Notes: generated from the letters alone by a model not told the origin. A stretch of 60,586 nucleotides of DNA from a virus (IMGVR_UViG_3300002219_000012:1-60586), one strand, 5' to 3'. Positions 33,844 to 43,042 are shown, numbered from the stretch's first letter. Program-made: numbers and translations.

Positions 33844-33996
33844 TTACCTCTTCTTCAACAAAGCAATCAACTCTTTCACCAACTCAACCAAATAGCTCAT
33901 ATCCGCCGCGATACTGAATATCCCGCACTTCTTGGGGCCGAAGTTCATCCGGCATTCTTCGCAATCTAATTCAGGGTTAAGCGGGCACTGTTTCAT
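33844..33996 (-). CDS. 50-aa Cys-rich protein
   Basis: MKQCPLNPELDCEEC...KKC; ATGA-coupled; below ORF-track cutoff. Confidence 0.55.
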   Translation of the reverse strand: MKQCPLNPELDCEECRMNFGPKKCGIFSIAADMSYLVELVKELIALLKKR

Positions 33997-34376
33997 TTCT
34001 TTAACTTCGCCCTTTCCTTCGCTGCCGCCGTTTCATAATTCTTGATGAACTCCGGCGCGTCTTCCTTCGCTGCGATGTATTCACGCAACGAGCGGATGGA
34101 TTTCAGATCAATCTCCGCCAGAACAGACACCGGGTCTTTCCATGCGTCGATCTGCGCCAGGGCATCGGCCTCGCTCATAGATGCACAACTGGGCCACTCG
34201 CCTACCAATTCCCGGACGATGGATTCGTCGTCAGCTTCGTATTTGTAAATCCATGCGCCTTTTCCATCCGGAGCCATGAAGCAATCAAACGTCATCCCCT
34301 TGGACTTCAGGACTTCCTTGGGGCCGATCAGATTATTCCCCCTGACTATCGGGGAGACTTTCAAGTAATAAGCCAT
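33993..34376 (-). CDS. Tail-fibre-associated hypothetical protein
   Basis: GGAG SD; LAEIDLKSIRSLRE C-terminal helix typical of fibre accessory proteins. Confidence 0.65.
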   Translation of the reverse strand: MAYYLKVSPIVRGNNLIGPKEVLKSKGMTFDCFMAPDGKGAWIYKYEADDESIVRELVGEWPSCASMSEADALAQIDAWKDPVSVLAEIDLKSIRSLREYIAAKEDAPEFIKNYETAAAKERAKLKK

Positions 34377-34926
34377 CTTCCTCTACCTCCGTATATGTTA
34401 TTTGTCCTTTTTCGTTTTTTCCCATCATTAACCCCGTCGCCTCCAATGACGATAAGGTTCCAACGGAAATAGTACCAATTGATAGACATTCTCTTTTAGC
34501 GTCGTTCAGTAATTTTTGCCGCCAGTATCTATGCTCCGCCTGCTCAAACTGTTCTCTGGTAAAGGCCGGAAGAACGGAAAGCGCCTTTTCAAACGTGGCG
34601 ATCTCGACCAGGGCGTCCTCAATCAGTTTTTTTTCAGACTCAAGCTGGTATTCCTTTTCTTCAAGGTCAATCAAAAGGCGTTCTTTTTCAAACCCTGTTG
34701 CCGATGATAGCTTTTCGTTTATCTCGGTCAGGTCAATGTCAATCCGTCTTCTGCGAAATTCACATTCTTTCAGGGCCTTCAACTTCTGGCTCAACTGAAG
34801 CAGAAGATGACGATAATAGCGCTCAGGCGTTTCTTTCTTGTTGAACCGCGTGATCTGATAAACGCTATTTCCGAAAGGAACTTGCCGCATTTGCTCTTGT
34901 AATTGGCTTAATTTTTCTTTGGTCAT
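34333..34926 (-). CDS. Coiled-coil fibre-associated (chaperone-like) protein
   Basis: Coupled to repeat gene by TAATG. Confidence 0.65.
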   Translation of the reverse strand: MTKEKLSQLQEQMRQVPFGNSVYQITRFNKKETPERYYRHLLLQLSQKLKALKECEFRRRRIDIDLTEINEKLSSATGFEKERLLIDLEEKEYQLESEKKLIEDALVEIATFEKALSVLPAFTREQFEQAEHRYWRQKLLNDAKRECLSIGTISVGTLSSLEATGLMMGKNEKGQITYTEVEEDGLLLESLPDSQGE

Positions 34927-35759
34927 TATAAAATGCCTCCGGATTGGACGCCTGCGCCTGCCCGTTTCGCCGTATCCAGGGTTGCGGCAATCGCGGCAGA
35001 GGTTTCATTGGAAAAATTTAAGTCTTCGATGACGCTGAGCATAGTGGCGGCTGTGTGCCCGCCCAAAATGTAACCCTTAACAGATGAGTTGACACCCGCT
35101 CCGTCGAGTTCCTTTGCTGCATCCAGCGTGGCTGTGATTGCTGCTGATGACTCATTGGAAAAATTTAAGTCTTCGATGACGGCGGTCATAGAATAACCTG
35201 CTATAACCCCGCCCAGAATGTAACCCTTAGCGGATGAATTAACACCCGCGCCAGAGTATTTTGCTGCATCCAGCGTGGCTGTGATTGCTGCTGATGACTC
35301 ATTGGAAAAATTTAAGTCTTCGATGACATTGACCATAGTGGCGACTGTGTGCCCGCCCAGAATGTAACCCTTAGCGGATGAATTAACACCCGCGCCTACG
35401 CTTTTCGCCGTATCCAGGGTTGCGGCAATCGCGGCAGAGGTTTCGTTTGAAAATAAGAGGTCTTCGATGACGGCGGTTTTGCTTCCCGTATCTCCGCCCA
35501 AAATGTAACCCTTAGCGGATGAATTAACACCCGTGCCATAGCCTTTCGCCGTATCCAGGGTTGCGGCAATCGCGGCAGAGGTTTCGTTTGAACATAAGAG
35601 GTCTTCGATGACGGCGGTTTTGCTTCCCGTATCTCCGCCCAAAATGTAACCCTTAATATTGAAGGGCAAAATACTTATAACGGTACAAAGCCCCGACACA
35701 GGCCCGAACAGTAACCTGTTGCGTCCTCGCTGGTATAAGTAACTGCCCATAAGATTCAC
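34926..35759 (-). CDS. Five-repeat beta-propeller-like putative receptor-binding protein
   Basis: Five 47-50-aa GYILGG..VIEDL.FSNE.SAAI.ATLD.AK..GVNSS units. Confidence 0.75.
   Translation of the reverse strand: MNLMGSYLYQRGRNRLLFGPVSGLCTVISILPFNIKGYILGGDTGSKTAVIEDLLCSNETSAAIAATLDTAKGYGTGVNSSAKGYILGGDTGSKTAVIEDLLFSNETSAAIAATLDTAKSVGAGVNSSAKGYILGGHTVATMVNVIEDLNFSNESSAAITATLDAAKYSGAGVNSSAKGYILGGVIAGYSMTAVIEDLNFSNESSAAITATLDAAKELDGAGVNSSVKGYILGGHTAATMLSVIEDLNFSNETSAAIAATLDTAKRAGAGVQSGGIL
34935..35655 (-). repeat. Tandem near-identical DNA repeats, 141/141/144/150-bp period
   Basis: ATGTAACCC anchors at 35068, 35218, 35362, 35503, 35644. Confidence 0.9.
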
Positions 35760-36119
35760 CTAGTCGACAATAGCATTAACAAAGCCCGATATCGTAATTA
35801 CGTTTGTCGTCCCAGCAAACGCCTTCACCGTCGCCCCGTTCTGGAGGATAAGACCCGGCACCACGGGAACAAGGCCGGACTTGTAGGGGATAGAGACGAC
35901 GATATTTTGATCCGGCGCATCCGCTCCACCAAACTCGATTGTCAGAACAACATTTGCCGTATGACTGTTGAACGCCCAGAGCCAGATTTCGTCGTATGTC
36001 CCGGCTGTCGTCCCGGCGACGGCGGTATGAATAGCCGTCCCAGGGGTTTCGACTGCTGCGATCTTGATTGCCCTACCGTCGGTCGAGGAACTTAATTTTC
36101 TCTTAACTACGGTTGCCAT
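35760..36119 (-). CDS. Virion/fibre-associated beta-sandwich protein
   Basis: GGAG SD; DEIWLWA..VPGLILQN. Confidence 0.7.
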   Translation of the reverse strand: MATVVKRKLSSSTDGRAIKIAAVETPGTAIHTAVAGTTAGTYDEIWLWAFNSHTANVVLTIEFGGADAPDQNIVVSIPYKSGLVPVVPGLILQNGATVKAFAGTTNVITISGFVNAIVD

Positions 36120-36177
36120 GTCATTACTCCTAGAATAAAAGAAGTTTGATATGGGGCCTTTGCAGACCCCATATCAC

Positions 36178-36615
36178 TTATGTCGCCGCCGCAATCGTGA
36201 GCAGCGAAGCGGTAACGTCGATGGTGAAGGTTTCTCCGGCCGCCAGGGTAATGGAAGAACTATAATCCCAGTATCCGATCAGCATATCCGTGGCGCTGGT
36301 GTCATCGTAGAGAATGACGTATCGGAAAGGCCCGATCCCTCCTGCCGTGGCCGTAATCACAACATCCGTGGTGCAGGCCAGGGTATAAGTGCCGCCGGAT
36401 TCCGCCGATGAGTCAATGGTTGCCGCATGTCCGCCGGTCGTATATCCGTTGGCCGCGGCGGGGGGCGGATGTTTGGTTATGGGGTCAAAGACCGTATCCG
36501 TGGCCGCTGTGGGCGCGGTATTGGTGAGGGCGAATTTGAGATCGTCGCTCCCCAAGTTATACCCGCCGTTGGCAAGCTGGGATAAAAACTTATTGAAAGG
36601 TACAAAGGATGCCAT
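36178..36615 (-). CDS. Tail structural protein
   Basis: DLKFAL..IGPFRYVILY..LIGYWDY..GETFTID. Confidence 0.7.
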   Translation of the reverse strand: MASFVPFNKFLSQLANGGYNLGSDDLKFALTNTAPTAATDTVFDPITKHPPPAAANGYTTGGHAATIDSSAESGGTYTLACTTDVVITATAGGIGPFRYVILYDDTSATDMLIGYWDYSSSITLAAGETFTIDVTASLLTIAAAT

Positions 36616-36637
36616 GATCGTTCTCCTTCATGGTAAG

Positions 36638-36665
36638 AAGCCCCTCCTTTTTACGGGAGGGGCTT
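36638..36665 (-). terminator. GC-rich hairpin, terminator-like
   Basis: AAGCCCCTCC / GGAGGGGCTT 10-bp stem, weak U tract. Confidence 0.55.
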
Positions 36666-36676
36666 TGGGTTAGGGT

Positions 36677-37063
36677 TTACGCTTCCGAGGCCGGTTCATC
36701 AACGTGCGCCGAATCATCGTAGGTGATGTGCAGCAGAACATTCGCCGCACCGCCCAGGATGGTCGTGTCAAAGGCAACTTTGATCTTCGTGTTGGCCGCC
36801 GTATCCGAATCCGGGTCAAAGACCAGATCCTTGTTGGTCGTATCGGGAACACCGGCAAGGGCTGTTCCGGCGGCCGTGTCGCCGGTCGGAGCTGTTGCCG
36901 TATTGACGGCCGTGGTGCTTCTGGACAAAATAATGGTTCCAGTCGCAACCATCGTGGCGTTCGCCACCACTTCAAATGCTTTGACCACGCCCCGGCAAGG
37001 TACCGGAATGTAGTAATTTTCCACACCGCCTGCGCTGTAAAGATTGACATAAATATCTTTCAT
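36677..37063 (-). CDS. Putative capsid decoration/structural protein
   Basis: AAGGAG SD; Ala/Thr-rich; downstream of capsid. Confidence 0.55.
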   Translation of the reverse strand: MKDIYVNLYSAGGVENYYIPVPCRGVVKAFEVVANATMVATGTIILSRSTTAVNTATAPTGDTAAGTALAGVPDTTNKDLVFDPDSDTAANTKIKVAFDTTILGGAANVLLHITYDDSAHVDEPASEA

Positions 37064-37090
37064 GATCTCTTCTCCTTAAAGGTTATTGGT

Positions 37091-38017
37091 TTATCCTTCT
37101 GCAATCAGGGTAAAGGGAACGGTGTCACAGGTTCCACCGGCCTGGCTTCCGGTCTGCAAGTTGCCCGATGCCAACTTAATGTTGAAATCATAGCCAGCCG
37201 TTGATGTGCTGGTGTCGATGTCAGTGATCGCCCGGTTGTTAATGACGTGGAACTCGTCCGAATCATCGTCCACCCAATAACTTACCGAATGAATGAAGTT
37301 GTTCGAGATAACCCCGTCATAAGCGGGCGAGCTGGCAACGCACTTCACGCCGACAGTCGCATTGACCCAGTTGCCATCAATGGTGATCTGGTGCGTCGAA
37401 AGGGTGCCCTCGATGGAAATGCCGATTCCGAAAATCCCCGTGCCGTAAGCGCCGGGATTCTGGAAAATCTTCACGCCCTGAATGACGACAAGGGCCGAAT
37501 CGGTGATTTCAAGGGCCTTTGTTGACCCGGCTACTGCCGGCTGCATGTGTCCGCCCAAGAACTGCAAACCGTGGCACCCTGCGGGGATGGCAAACAAATC
37601 GCCCGCGCCGTCCGCCGTAAAGCCCATATTGATGAACCGGCAGCCCACTTTTGCCAGGGCGATTGTGTGATGGCCGATAACTCGCGGATACGGCACAAGG
37701 TCCGAACCGCAGCCAATAATGTCGCACTTCTCCGGCAGAACAGTCAGGTCTTCCTCGATCCCATCGCCGCAGACATAAATGTAATTGCGCCGCGCCCACC
37801 AGCGATTTGCGGCAAGGCCGATGCTGGTATTGCTGGCCGTAATGGCCTCGGCAATCGTCGAATAGGGATGGTCGGGGGAGCCGTTGCCGGTTGCCGAAAC
37901 ATTCAGATCGACATAATACTTTCCCGCCTTCGGTCCCTGATAGTCATTGACCATCAGAAAATCGGAAATCGGCCGTGATGCTCGACTCCCGCCCACTGAT
38001 AAAATTCTTTCACTCAT
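37091..38017 (-). CDS. Beta-helix (pectin-lyase-like) virion protein
   Basis: YYVD..GNGS.DHPY.TIAEAI then right-handed beta-helix-like repeats. Confidence 0.65.
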   Translation of the reverse strand: MSERILSVGGSRASRPISDFLMVNDYQGPKAGKYYVDLNVSATGNGSPDHPYSTIAEAITASNTSIGLAANRWWARRNYIYVCGDGIEEDLTVLPEKCDIIGCGSDLVPYPRVIGHHTIALAKVGCRFINMGFTADGAGDLFAIPAGCHGLQFLGGHMQPAVAGSTKALEITDSALVVIQGVKIFQNPGAYGTGIFGIGISIEGTLSTHQITIDGNWVNATVGVKCVASSPAYDGVISNNFIHSVSYWVDDDSDEFHVINNRAITDIDTSTSTAGYDFNIKLASGNLQTGSQAGGTCDTVPFTLIAEG

Positions 38018-38072
38018 GGTGTTTTCTCCTTTATCGGGCCCCCTCAAACAGCGGGGCCCCAGGGTTAAAGGG

Positions 38073-38552
38073 TTATGTTACATTCGGCCTTGCAAATTCT
38101 CCGAACAATTCAGTAGCTTTTCTGTTGTAGGCAAGGGCCGCCTCTTCCGGCGTCCCGTAACAACCCAAGGAAACCTGCTTCCCGTCTTTGTTAATTGTCG
38201 CCCGCCACCGCTTGTTTTGCCGGTGGTAAGAAACGCCCTTGAAGCCGGAAGTGTTGTTGTTGCGGATACGAGTGTTACATAGGTTTTGACTGTTCGAGCA
38301 AAAACGTAGGTTTGATTTTTGATTATTCAGCCCATTGCGGTCTGCGTGGTCAAGAATCTCTCCGGTTTTTGCTTTCATAATCTGCCTGTGCATCTTCATA
38401 GCCCCGTATTTCCTGTATCCGTTATACTGGTGCCGCCATGCGTAAATTACCCCGTGCTCTTTGTGCGCGAACCATTTGAAGCAGTTTATCTCCCCAAAAT
38501 CTTCATCGTCTACCAGAGCAACACCACCGTTTGTTAATTGAATCTCTTTCAT
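38073..38552 (-). CDS. HNH-AP2 homing endonuclease
   Basis: MHRQIM..DHADRNGLNNQKSNLR; SGFKGV..WRA.I..LG.Y.TPEEAA.AYN..A..LFGEFA. Confidence 0.92.
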   Translation of the reverse strand: MKEIQLTNGGVALVDDEDFGEINCFKWFAHKEHGVIYAWRHQYNGYRKYGAMKMHRQIMKAKTGEILDHADRNGLNNQKSNLRFCSNSQNLCNTRIRNNNTSGFKGVSYHRQNKRWRATINKDGKQVSLGCYGTPEEAALAYNRKATELFGEFARPNVT

Positions 38553-38578
38553 GTCCGCCCCTCAATCCCCGCTTGTTG

Positions 38579-38638
38579 CCTTGGGGAAAGCCGGTGGGGT
38601 CTTTACCGGCCTTTCGGGAGCTACCCTATCCCCAAAGG
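38579..38638 (-). ncRNA. Putative three-way-junction RNA upstream of HNH gene
   Basis: CCTTTGGGGA/TCCCCAAGG outer stem, GGG-TAGCT-CCC and GCCGGT-loop-ACCGGC hairpins. Confidence 0.5.
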
Positions 38639-38650
38639 AAAGCTAAGTGC

Positions 38651-39628
38651 TTAAACTGGCTCAGTTAAATTTGTGTGAGCACAGTGCATACGGCGGTTCG
38701 AGCAGACCAGGTTTCCACGCCAACGGGTATCCGCTGTCATAACGTCCGGCTGCCCGAGGACTTCTTTCGTGACCCACTTCGGAGCCGTGAAATTGTAATC
38801 CTTGTGGCTGCGTAGCGAGAGGAAGTTGAGGTTCAGCGCGTACAGGGTTCCGGTTGAAACGCCGGTATCGGCCACAATCGGAGCGCCCTTGTGGGTGATG
38901 TTCTGCCAGCCGGCTTCCACGGCTTTGGTGTCCGTGTAGCGCTGCTGCGGATGCAACGATCTTTCGTAGCCGTCGCGCAGGGTTGCGGTCGTCACGATGA
39001 AATTGGGCAGCATATCCGCCACGTCGCCCATGTTCGGCTCCCGGAATACCTTCTGCAAGGTTTCAAAGGAAATCGCCTCGGCGGTCGTAATGACATTGGC
39101 TTTCCAATCGGCCATTTCGTCCGTGTCGATGGAGCCGTATTCGGTTGAGGTTGTGGCGTTGAACAGGTCGCCCAGGCCGTTGATATTGTCGGCGCTGGCT
39201 GCGGCTGCAATCACGTCGGCGGCCATCTTTACGCGGGCCGCTTTGATGATGCTCTTCATGTACTGCTTGGTGAGGCTGATAATGGCCTCGTCGCCTGTGT
39301 TCTGCGTGAGGTCATCGAGGTTCAGGGTGTTGGACCCGTAAACGCCTGCCCAGCGGAAACGTGCCGCATCAACGATGCTGACTTTCGACTGGTTGATGAC
39401 GGTCGTAGCGCCGTAAGCGCCGGAATTGGACGCCGCGTATTCCAGTGGCACCTTGATCATCTTGCCGCCGTCAATGATTTCGTGGGGCTTTACTTCCCAG
39501 TTGTCGTTGATGCGGGCATTGCCCATGAGCTTCCAGAGCAGCGCGGAGGCTTTGTTAAGGATGTCTTCCGGTTCGGTGTTCAGCCAGAAATATTCGGTCG
39601 TCGCATTTAACTGATTAATCAAAGACAT
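38651..39628 (-). CDS. Major capsid protein
   Basis: 325 aa after scaffold; GG..IKVPLEY, HKGAPIVAD, LYALN..L patterns. Confidence 0.85.
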   Translation of the reverse strand: MSLINQLNATTEYFWLNTEPEDILNKASALLWKLMGNARINDNWEVKPHEIIDGGKMIKVPLEYAASNSGAYGATTVINQSKVSIVDAARFRWAGVYGSNTLNLDDLTQNTGDEAIISLTKQYMKSIIKAARVKMAADVIAAAASADNINGLGDLFNATTSTEYGSIDTDEMADWKANVITTAEAISFETLQKVFREPNMGDVADMLPNFIVTTATLRDGYERSLHPQQRYTDTKAVEAGWQNITHKGAPIVADTGVSTGTLYALNLNFLSLRSHKDYNFTAPKWVTKEVLGQPDVMTADTRWRGNLVCSNRRMHCAHTNLTEPV

Positions 39629-39661
39629 GATATGTTCTCCTATGACTTTAAGAGGCTAGGA

Positions 39662-40414
39662 TTAAGCGCCTCGCTGGGCAGCTAAGACCGCTGCCATCCC
39701 TGCGTCCAAATCCTTGCCTGTTGCTTTTTGTGGTTTGGTCGGCGGCTGTCCTGCTTGTCCTTTGACAACCACTTTCCCCGTGTTTTCCTTGCCCTTTACC
39801 AATTCGAGCGTCTTCTTCATTTCGGCGTTCTCGGCGGCAAGATCATCTTTTTGAATCTGGAAGTAGGCCGACATGGGGTCGTGCATCCCGGTTTTGTCGC
39901 TGGCGAGGAAGTCTTTGATTCTCGCCTGCATATCCGGGGTGCCGAATGACGGGTTGTTTTTGTTGAATTCAGCTCGGGCCGTTTTCGCGTCACGATCCGA
40001 AAGCTCTTTTTTGAAAAGCTCCTGGGCTGTCATCAGCGTTTTTTCGTGCTGTGCCTTAGCTACCAGTTTGTTTGAAGTCGCCAGTAATCCTGCGAGTTCT
40101 TTCTGGTAATTGTCCGCCATCGGGTCGAGTTCCTGAATCTGCTTCTGCACGCCCGCGATTTCCGTATCGTAGTCGGGCCCTTGGGGTGCTGCTGCCGGGG
40201 CTTCGCTTTTGCTCATGTGCTGCTGAACAATCGGAGCCACGGTTTCCGCAAACTTCCGCAAGGTTCCCAGTTCATTGGCCTGTGCGTCGTGCAATGCTTT
40301 CAGGTTCATGTACCCTTTTGCCGCTTCTTCCCCGCTCTTGAACGGTGTTCCTTCAAGGCCGGTCGGTTCTGCGGCATTTCCGCCATCATTCACGCCTGTG
40401 TTCTGTCCTTCCAT
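39662..40414 (-). CDS. Capsid scaffolding protein
   Basis: Charged helical protein between portal and capsid; FKS.EE..KGY.NL. Confidence 0.75.
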   Translation of the reverse strand: MEGQNTGVNDGGNAAEPTGLEGTPFKSGEEAAKGYMNLKALHDAQANELGTLRKFAETVAPIVQQHMSKSEAPAAAPQGPDYDTEIAGVQKQIQELDPMADNYQKELAGLLATSNKLVAKAQHEKTLMTAQELFKKELSDRDAKTARAEFNKNNPSFGTPDMQARIKDFLASDKTGMHDPMSAYFQIQKDDLAAENAEMKKTLELVKGKENTGKVVVKGQAGQPPTKPQKATGKDLDAGMAAVLAAQRGA

Positions 40415-40503
40415 ATTTCCTCTCCATTCCTCGGCCAGTTTTAATTTTCATGTTGTCCGTTTCCGGCATGAATCCGCTGGTTCTCCGACTTTTGGTTAAA
40501 ACA

Positions 40504-40588
40504 ATAAAAAAAGCCGGAACTCATGGATGGTTGGTCCACAAATTCCGGCTTTAAAATCCCTATTGGGTAGGTTCTAAGTCCCGTTATG
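40504..40588 (-). terminator. Conserved GGGACT element + long intrinsic terminator, copy E3
   Basis: CATAACGGGACTTAGAACCTA-CCCAA-TAGGGATT..AGCCGGAATT...AGTTCCGGCT + T run. Confidence 0.75.
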
Positions 40589-40593
40589 AAAAA

Positions 40594-40791
40594 TTACTTT
40601 ATTTCATTGAAGCTGATCCTTTCACGTGAAACAGGTTTTGTTTGCAAAAAAACATCTCCCATGAATCCCTGTGAGACATTAATCTCAACTGTTAATTCTA
40701 TTTTACCCGTGGGCCTGCCTGAAAGCAAGAAAATAATTTTCCGTTGCAGCGCTTCCGAGACGGCATTAAGTTTTTTCTGCTTGTCGTCCAT
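40594..40791 (-). CDS. 65-aa protein (alpha-beta-beta-beta, YezD/DUF2292-like pattern), candidate RNA-binding regulator
   Basis: Helix then TGKIELTVEINVSQG; ends 5 nt before E3. Confidence 0.55.
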   Translation of the reverse strand: MDDKQKKLNAVSEALQRKIIFLLSGRPTGKIELTVEINVSQGFMGDVFLQTKPVSRERISFNEIK

Positions 40792-40793
40792 AC

Positions 40794-41063
40794 TTAACCC
40801 TTACAGGCCAGATGATTTTCTTTCAAATAGGCATTGTACTCACTTCGTGACTGTAACGGCGGTTCTCCGTGCCTCTGGAGGACCTGGCAGGCCGACGGCA
40901 ACCATTTCACGTCGTTGACGGAATCGCATTGTATCCCGCCCGCGCTCAAAACCTTCTTGGCCATCCAGCCACAAGAACAGCGGTGATGTTTGGGAACTCT
41001 GTTGACCTTGTGAAAAACATCATGTTTCTTTCCGCATCGGCATTGGTATTCGTATATCGGCAT
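40794..41063 (-). CDS. FmdB-family zinc ribbon protein
   Basis: MPIYEYQCRCG...CSCG..AKKVLS. Confidence 0.85.
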   Translation of the reverse strand: MPIYEYQCRCGKKHDVFHKVNRVPKHHRCSCGWMAKKVLSAGGIQCDSVNDVKWLPSACQVLQRHGEPPLQSRSEYNAYLKENHLACKG

Positions 41064-41067
41064 ATTT

Positions 41068-43014
41068 TTACGCTCCTCCTGTTGGTTGTGGTGCCTTTGG
41101 TGCCGGTTGTCCCGGCTTCTTTACGTCTCCCGGGCCTCCCTGGGGCTGCATCAACACCTGTTTGAGTTGAATGGCCGCTTCTTTGGGAAGACCGGCTTCA
41201 ATCAATACCTGTAACGCCATATCAAGCTGGTTCTCACCGCCGCGCTCCACTTCCTCTTTCCAGTTGGGAAGGTTCAGCGCTTCCAGGACATACCGACGGC
41301 TTAAGAGCCCTTTGTCGGACAACCCCAAAACAAGCTCCTGATTCTGCAAACTGGTCCTCGGGGTCGATGATCCGGCCTCCACCACGTAATTGAACTTTCT
41401 CCCGGCAAATTGAACGCCCGAGAAATCCACCTTCTCCCCGCCGATATTGACCGACTCCGACTTGGTGCCGAAGTTCTGCCATAATCCAATCGCCCAGCGG
41501 CTTCTTTCCTCGGCCAGTGTGTCAATGGCTGACGTTTTGGACTGCATCAATACCTGATTCCGTTCTTGCAGGGCTACAATGGCGCTGGCGGCGATAACTC
41601 CGCTCGGGGCAATGCCTCTATCGGCATCTTCGATCTGATAAACGCGGTCGAACATCTTGACGATCAGATCCAGTACCTGAAAAAACGTAGCCGGCAGGTT
41701 TGGAATCTGCATAAACTCAATCCGGGCGTTCGGCGTGGACGGCATGAGGATCAATCGCCCTGTTTGGGAAATCTGTGCTTCGATCATCTCCCGGGTAATC
41801 CCGCAATTCTGTTGAATGATCAGCGGTGGGGCCATGACGTTAATGACGTAGGCGATCAACTTAGCTATGATTTGGTTGATCTTCTCGATCAGGTCGGCGG
41901 TCTGTTCGGCTGCGGAGAAACCCCATAGCGACACCTGGTCTTTATAGGAGTTGGCGAAATAAACGGGCAATCTGCCCCACGGGTAGGTGAACATAGCCAT
42001 TTCGGTAGGTAGCGCCGGGTTGATATTCGGATTTGCTGAATCATCCAGGACCACCCAGCCGCCTTGACTTCCCGGGTCTTTAGTTTTGGATATGGTGATC
42101 TTGCGGATGCCGTCACGGTAAACCGGTTCTTTCGTTGTTTTGACAGCGACAAGGGGATTGCCGTCCTCACCCACCACCTGCATACCGAACTCATCAACGA
42201 CCGGCTGCGATTCCGTTGTCGTCCTTAATCGGTCATCCCTCACCCATACCTCAATGACAATCCCACGCTCGACGGCCTTGTTTCCTTCGGTTTGGGCCTG
42301 TGATTTGACCGTCATCGGGTCGGAGTAATTGCCGATAGTTTGTCCCGCGTTCCGGACAGGCGGCTTGTAATCTTCCCGGACGGTGCCCAGGAGATCATAG
42401 GCATCTTCGGCTGCGATATCCTTGACGTTGAAATCCTTTTCAATCTTCGATGTGAAATCGACATACAGATAGGCGACATACGGGGCTTCGGTGGCTAGGT
42501 CGTCATAAAATCCCGGTGCCGGGAAGAACGCGAACGGGTCCGTCACCATAATATCGGGCCGATCTGCGGCCTTATCGAAATAAGGCTTCTCTGGTGTTAT
42601 GCCGTAAATCTCCATTTGCCGGGCGGATGATCGCGTCTTCTGCTGCTGGTTGGTATCCTTCCACCACTTCTTGAGCGCAACCGTTAAAACCTGTTCCGTG
42701 CCGTCGTTTGTGCCGTCCAGGTCAACGACTTCCCCGGTCGGATTGCGGGCGGTAATGTTGGAGACGGTGCGCTCCACGTTGGCAAACAGGAGATTAACGA
42801 CACCGGTAATTGGTTTTGGCGAATATCCCTTCCTGCCGGTCAACTGGCGCATGGGGACCCCTTTGTACATGGCATAATCGTTTAAAAACGATTTATGCAC
42901 ACCCAAGCGTTCTTTTTCGAGCCTCGCAACATCGAACAGCATGGCCGCGAAGTCAGCGACATCCGCATGTCCACGCGGAGGTATTAAATTCAGATTCCAT
43001 CTTGGATCAATCAT
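41068..43014 (-). CDS. Portal protein (podovirus type)
   Basis: ~650 aa between TerL region and scaffold; NLLFANVE, VTDPFAFF, WG.S..E, G...SGV.AASAI. Confidence 0.85.
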   Translation of the reverse strand: MIDPRWNLNLIPPRGHADVADFAAMLFDVARLEKERLGVHKSFLNDYAMYKGVPMRQLTGRKGYSPKPITGVVNLLFANVERTVSNITARNPTGEVVDLDGTNDGTEQVLTVALKKWWKDTNQQQKTRSSARQMEIYGITPEKPYFDKAADRPDIMVTDPFAFFPAPGFYDDLATEAPYVAYLYVDFTSKIEKDFNVKDIAAEDAYDLLGTVREDYKPPVRNAGQTIGNYSDPMTVKSQAQTEGNKAVERGIVIEVWVRDDRLRTTTESQPVVDEFGMQVVGEDGNPLVAVKTTKEPVYRDGIRKITISKTKDPGSQGGWVVLDDSANPNINPALPTEMAMFTYPWGRLPVYFANSYKDQVSLWGFSAAEQTADLIEKINQIIAKLIAYVINVMAPPLIIQQNCGITREMIEAQISQTGRLILMPSTPNARIEFMQIPNLPATFFQVLDLIVKMFDRVYQIEDADRGIAPSGVIAASAIVALQERNQVLMQSKTSAIDTLAEERSRWAIGLWQNFGTKSESVNIGGEKVDFSGVQFAGRKFNYVVEAGSSTPRTSLQNQELVLGLSDKGLLSRRYVLEALNLPNWKEEVERGGENQLDMALQVLIEAGLPKEAAIQLKQVLMQPQGGPGDVKKPGQPAPKAPQPTGGA

Positions 43015-43042
43015 AAAAGCCCCCTTCATGCGAGGAGGCTTT
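43015..43042 (-). promoter_or_regulatory. Hairpin sequestering portal SD
   Basis: AAAGCCTCCTC-GCAT-GAAGGGGGCTTTT immediately before ATG. Confidence 0.6.

Noticed and set aside
34926-35759. Diversity-generating retroelement (TR/VR pair)
   Set aside because: No reverse transcriptase seen; repeats are tandem and in-frame, and differ by block substitutions and indels rather than adenine-specific changes
38036-38059. GGGCCCC/GGGGCCC hairpin as terminator
   Set aside because: No U tract on the sense strand; at most a stability hairpin
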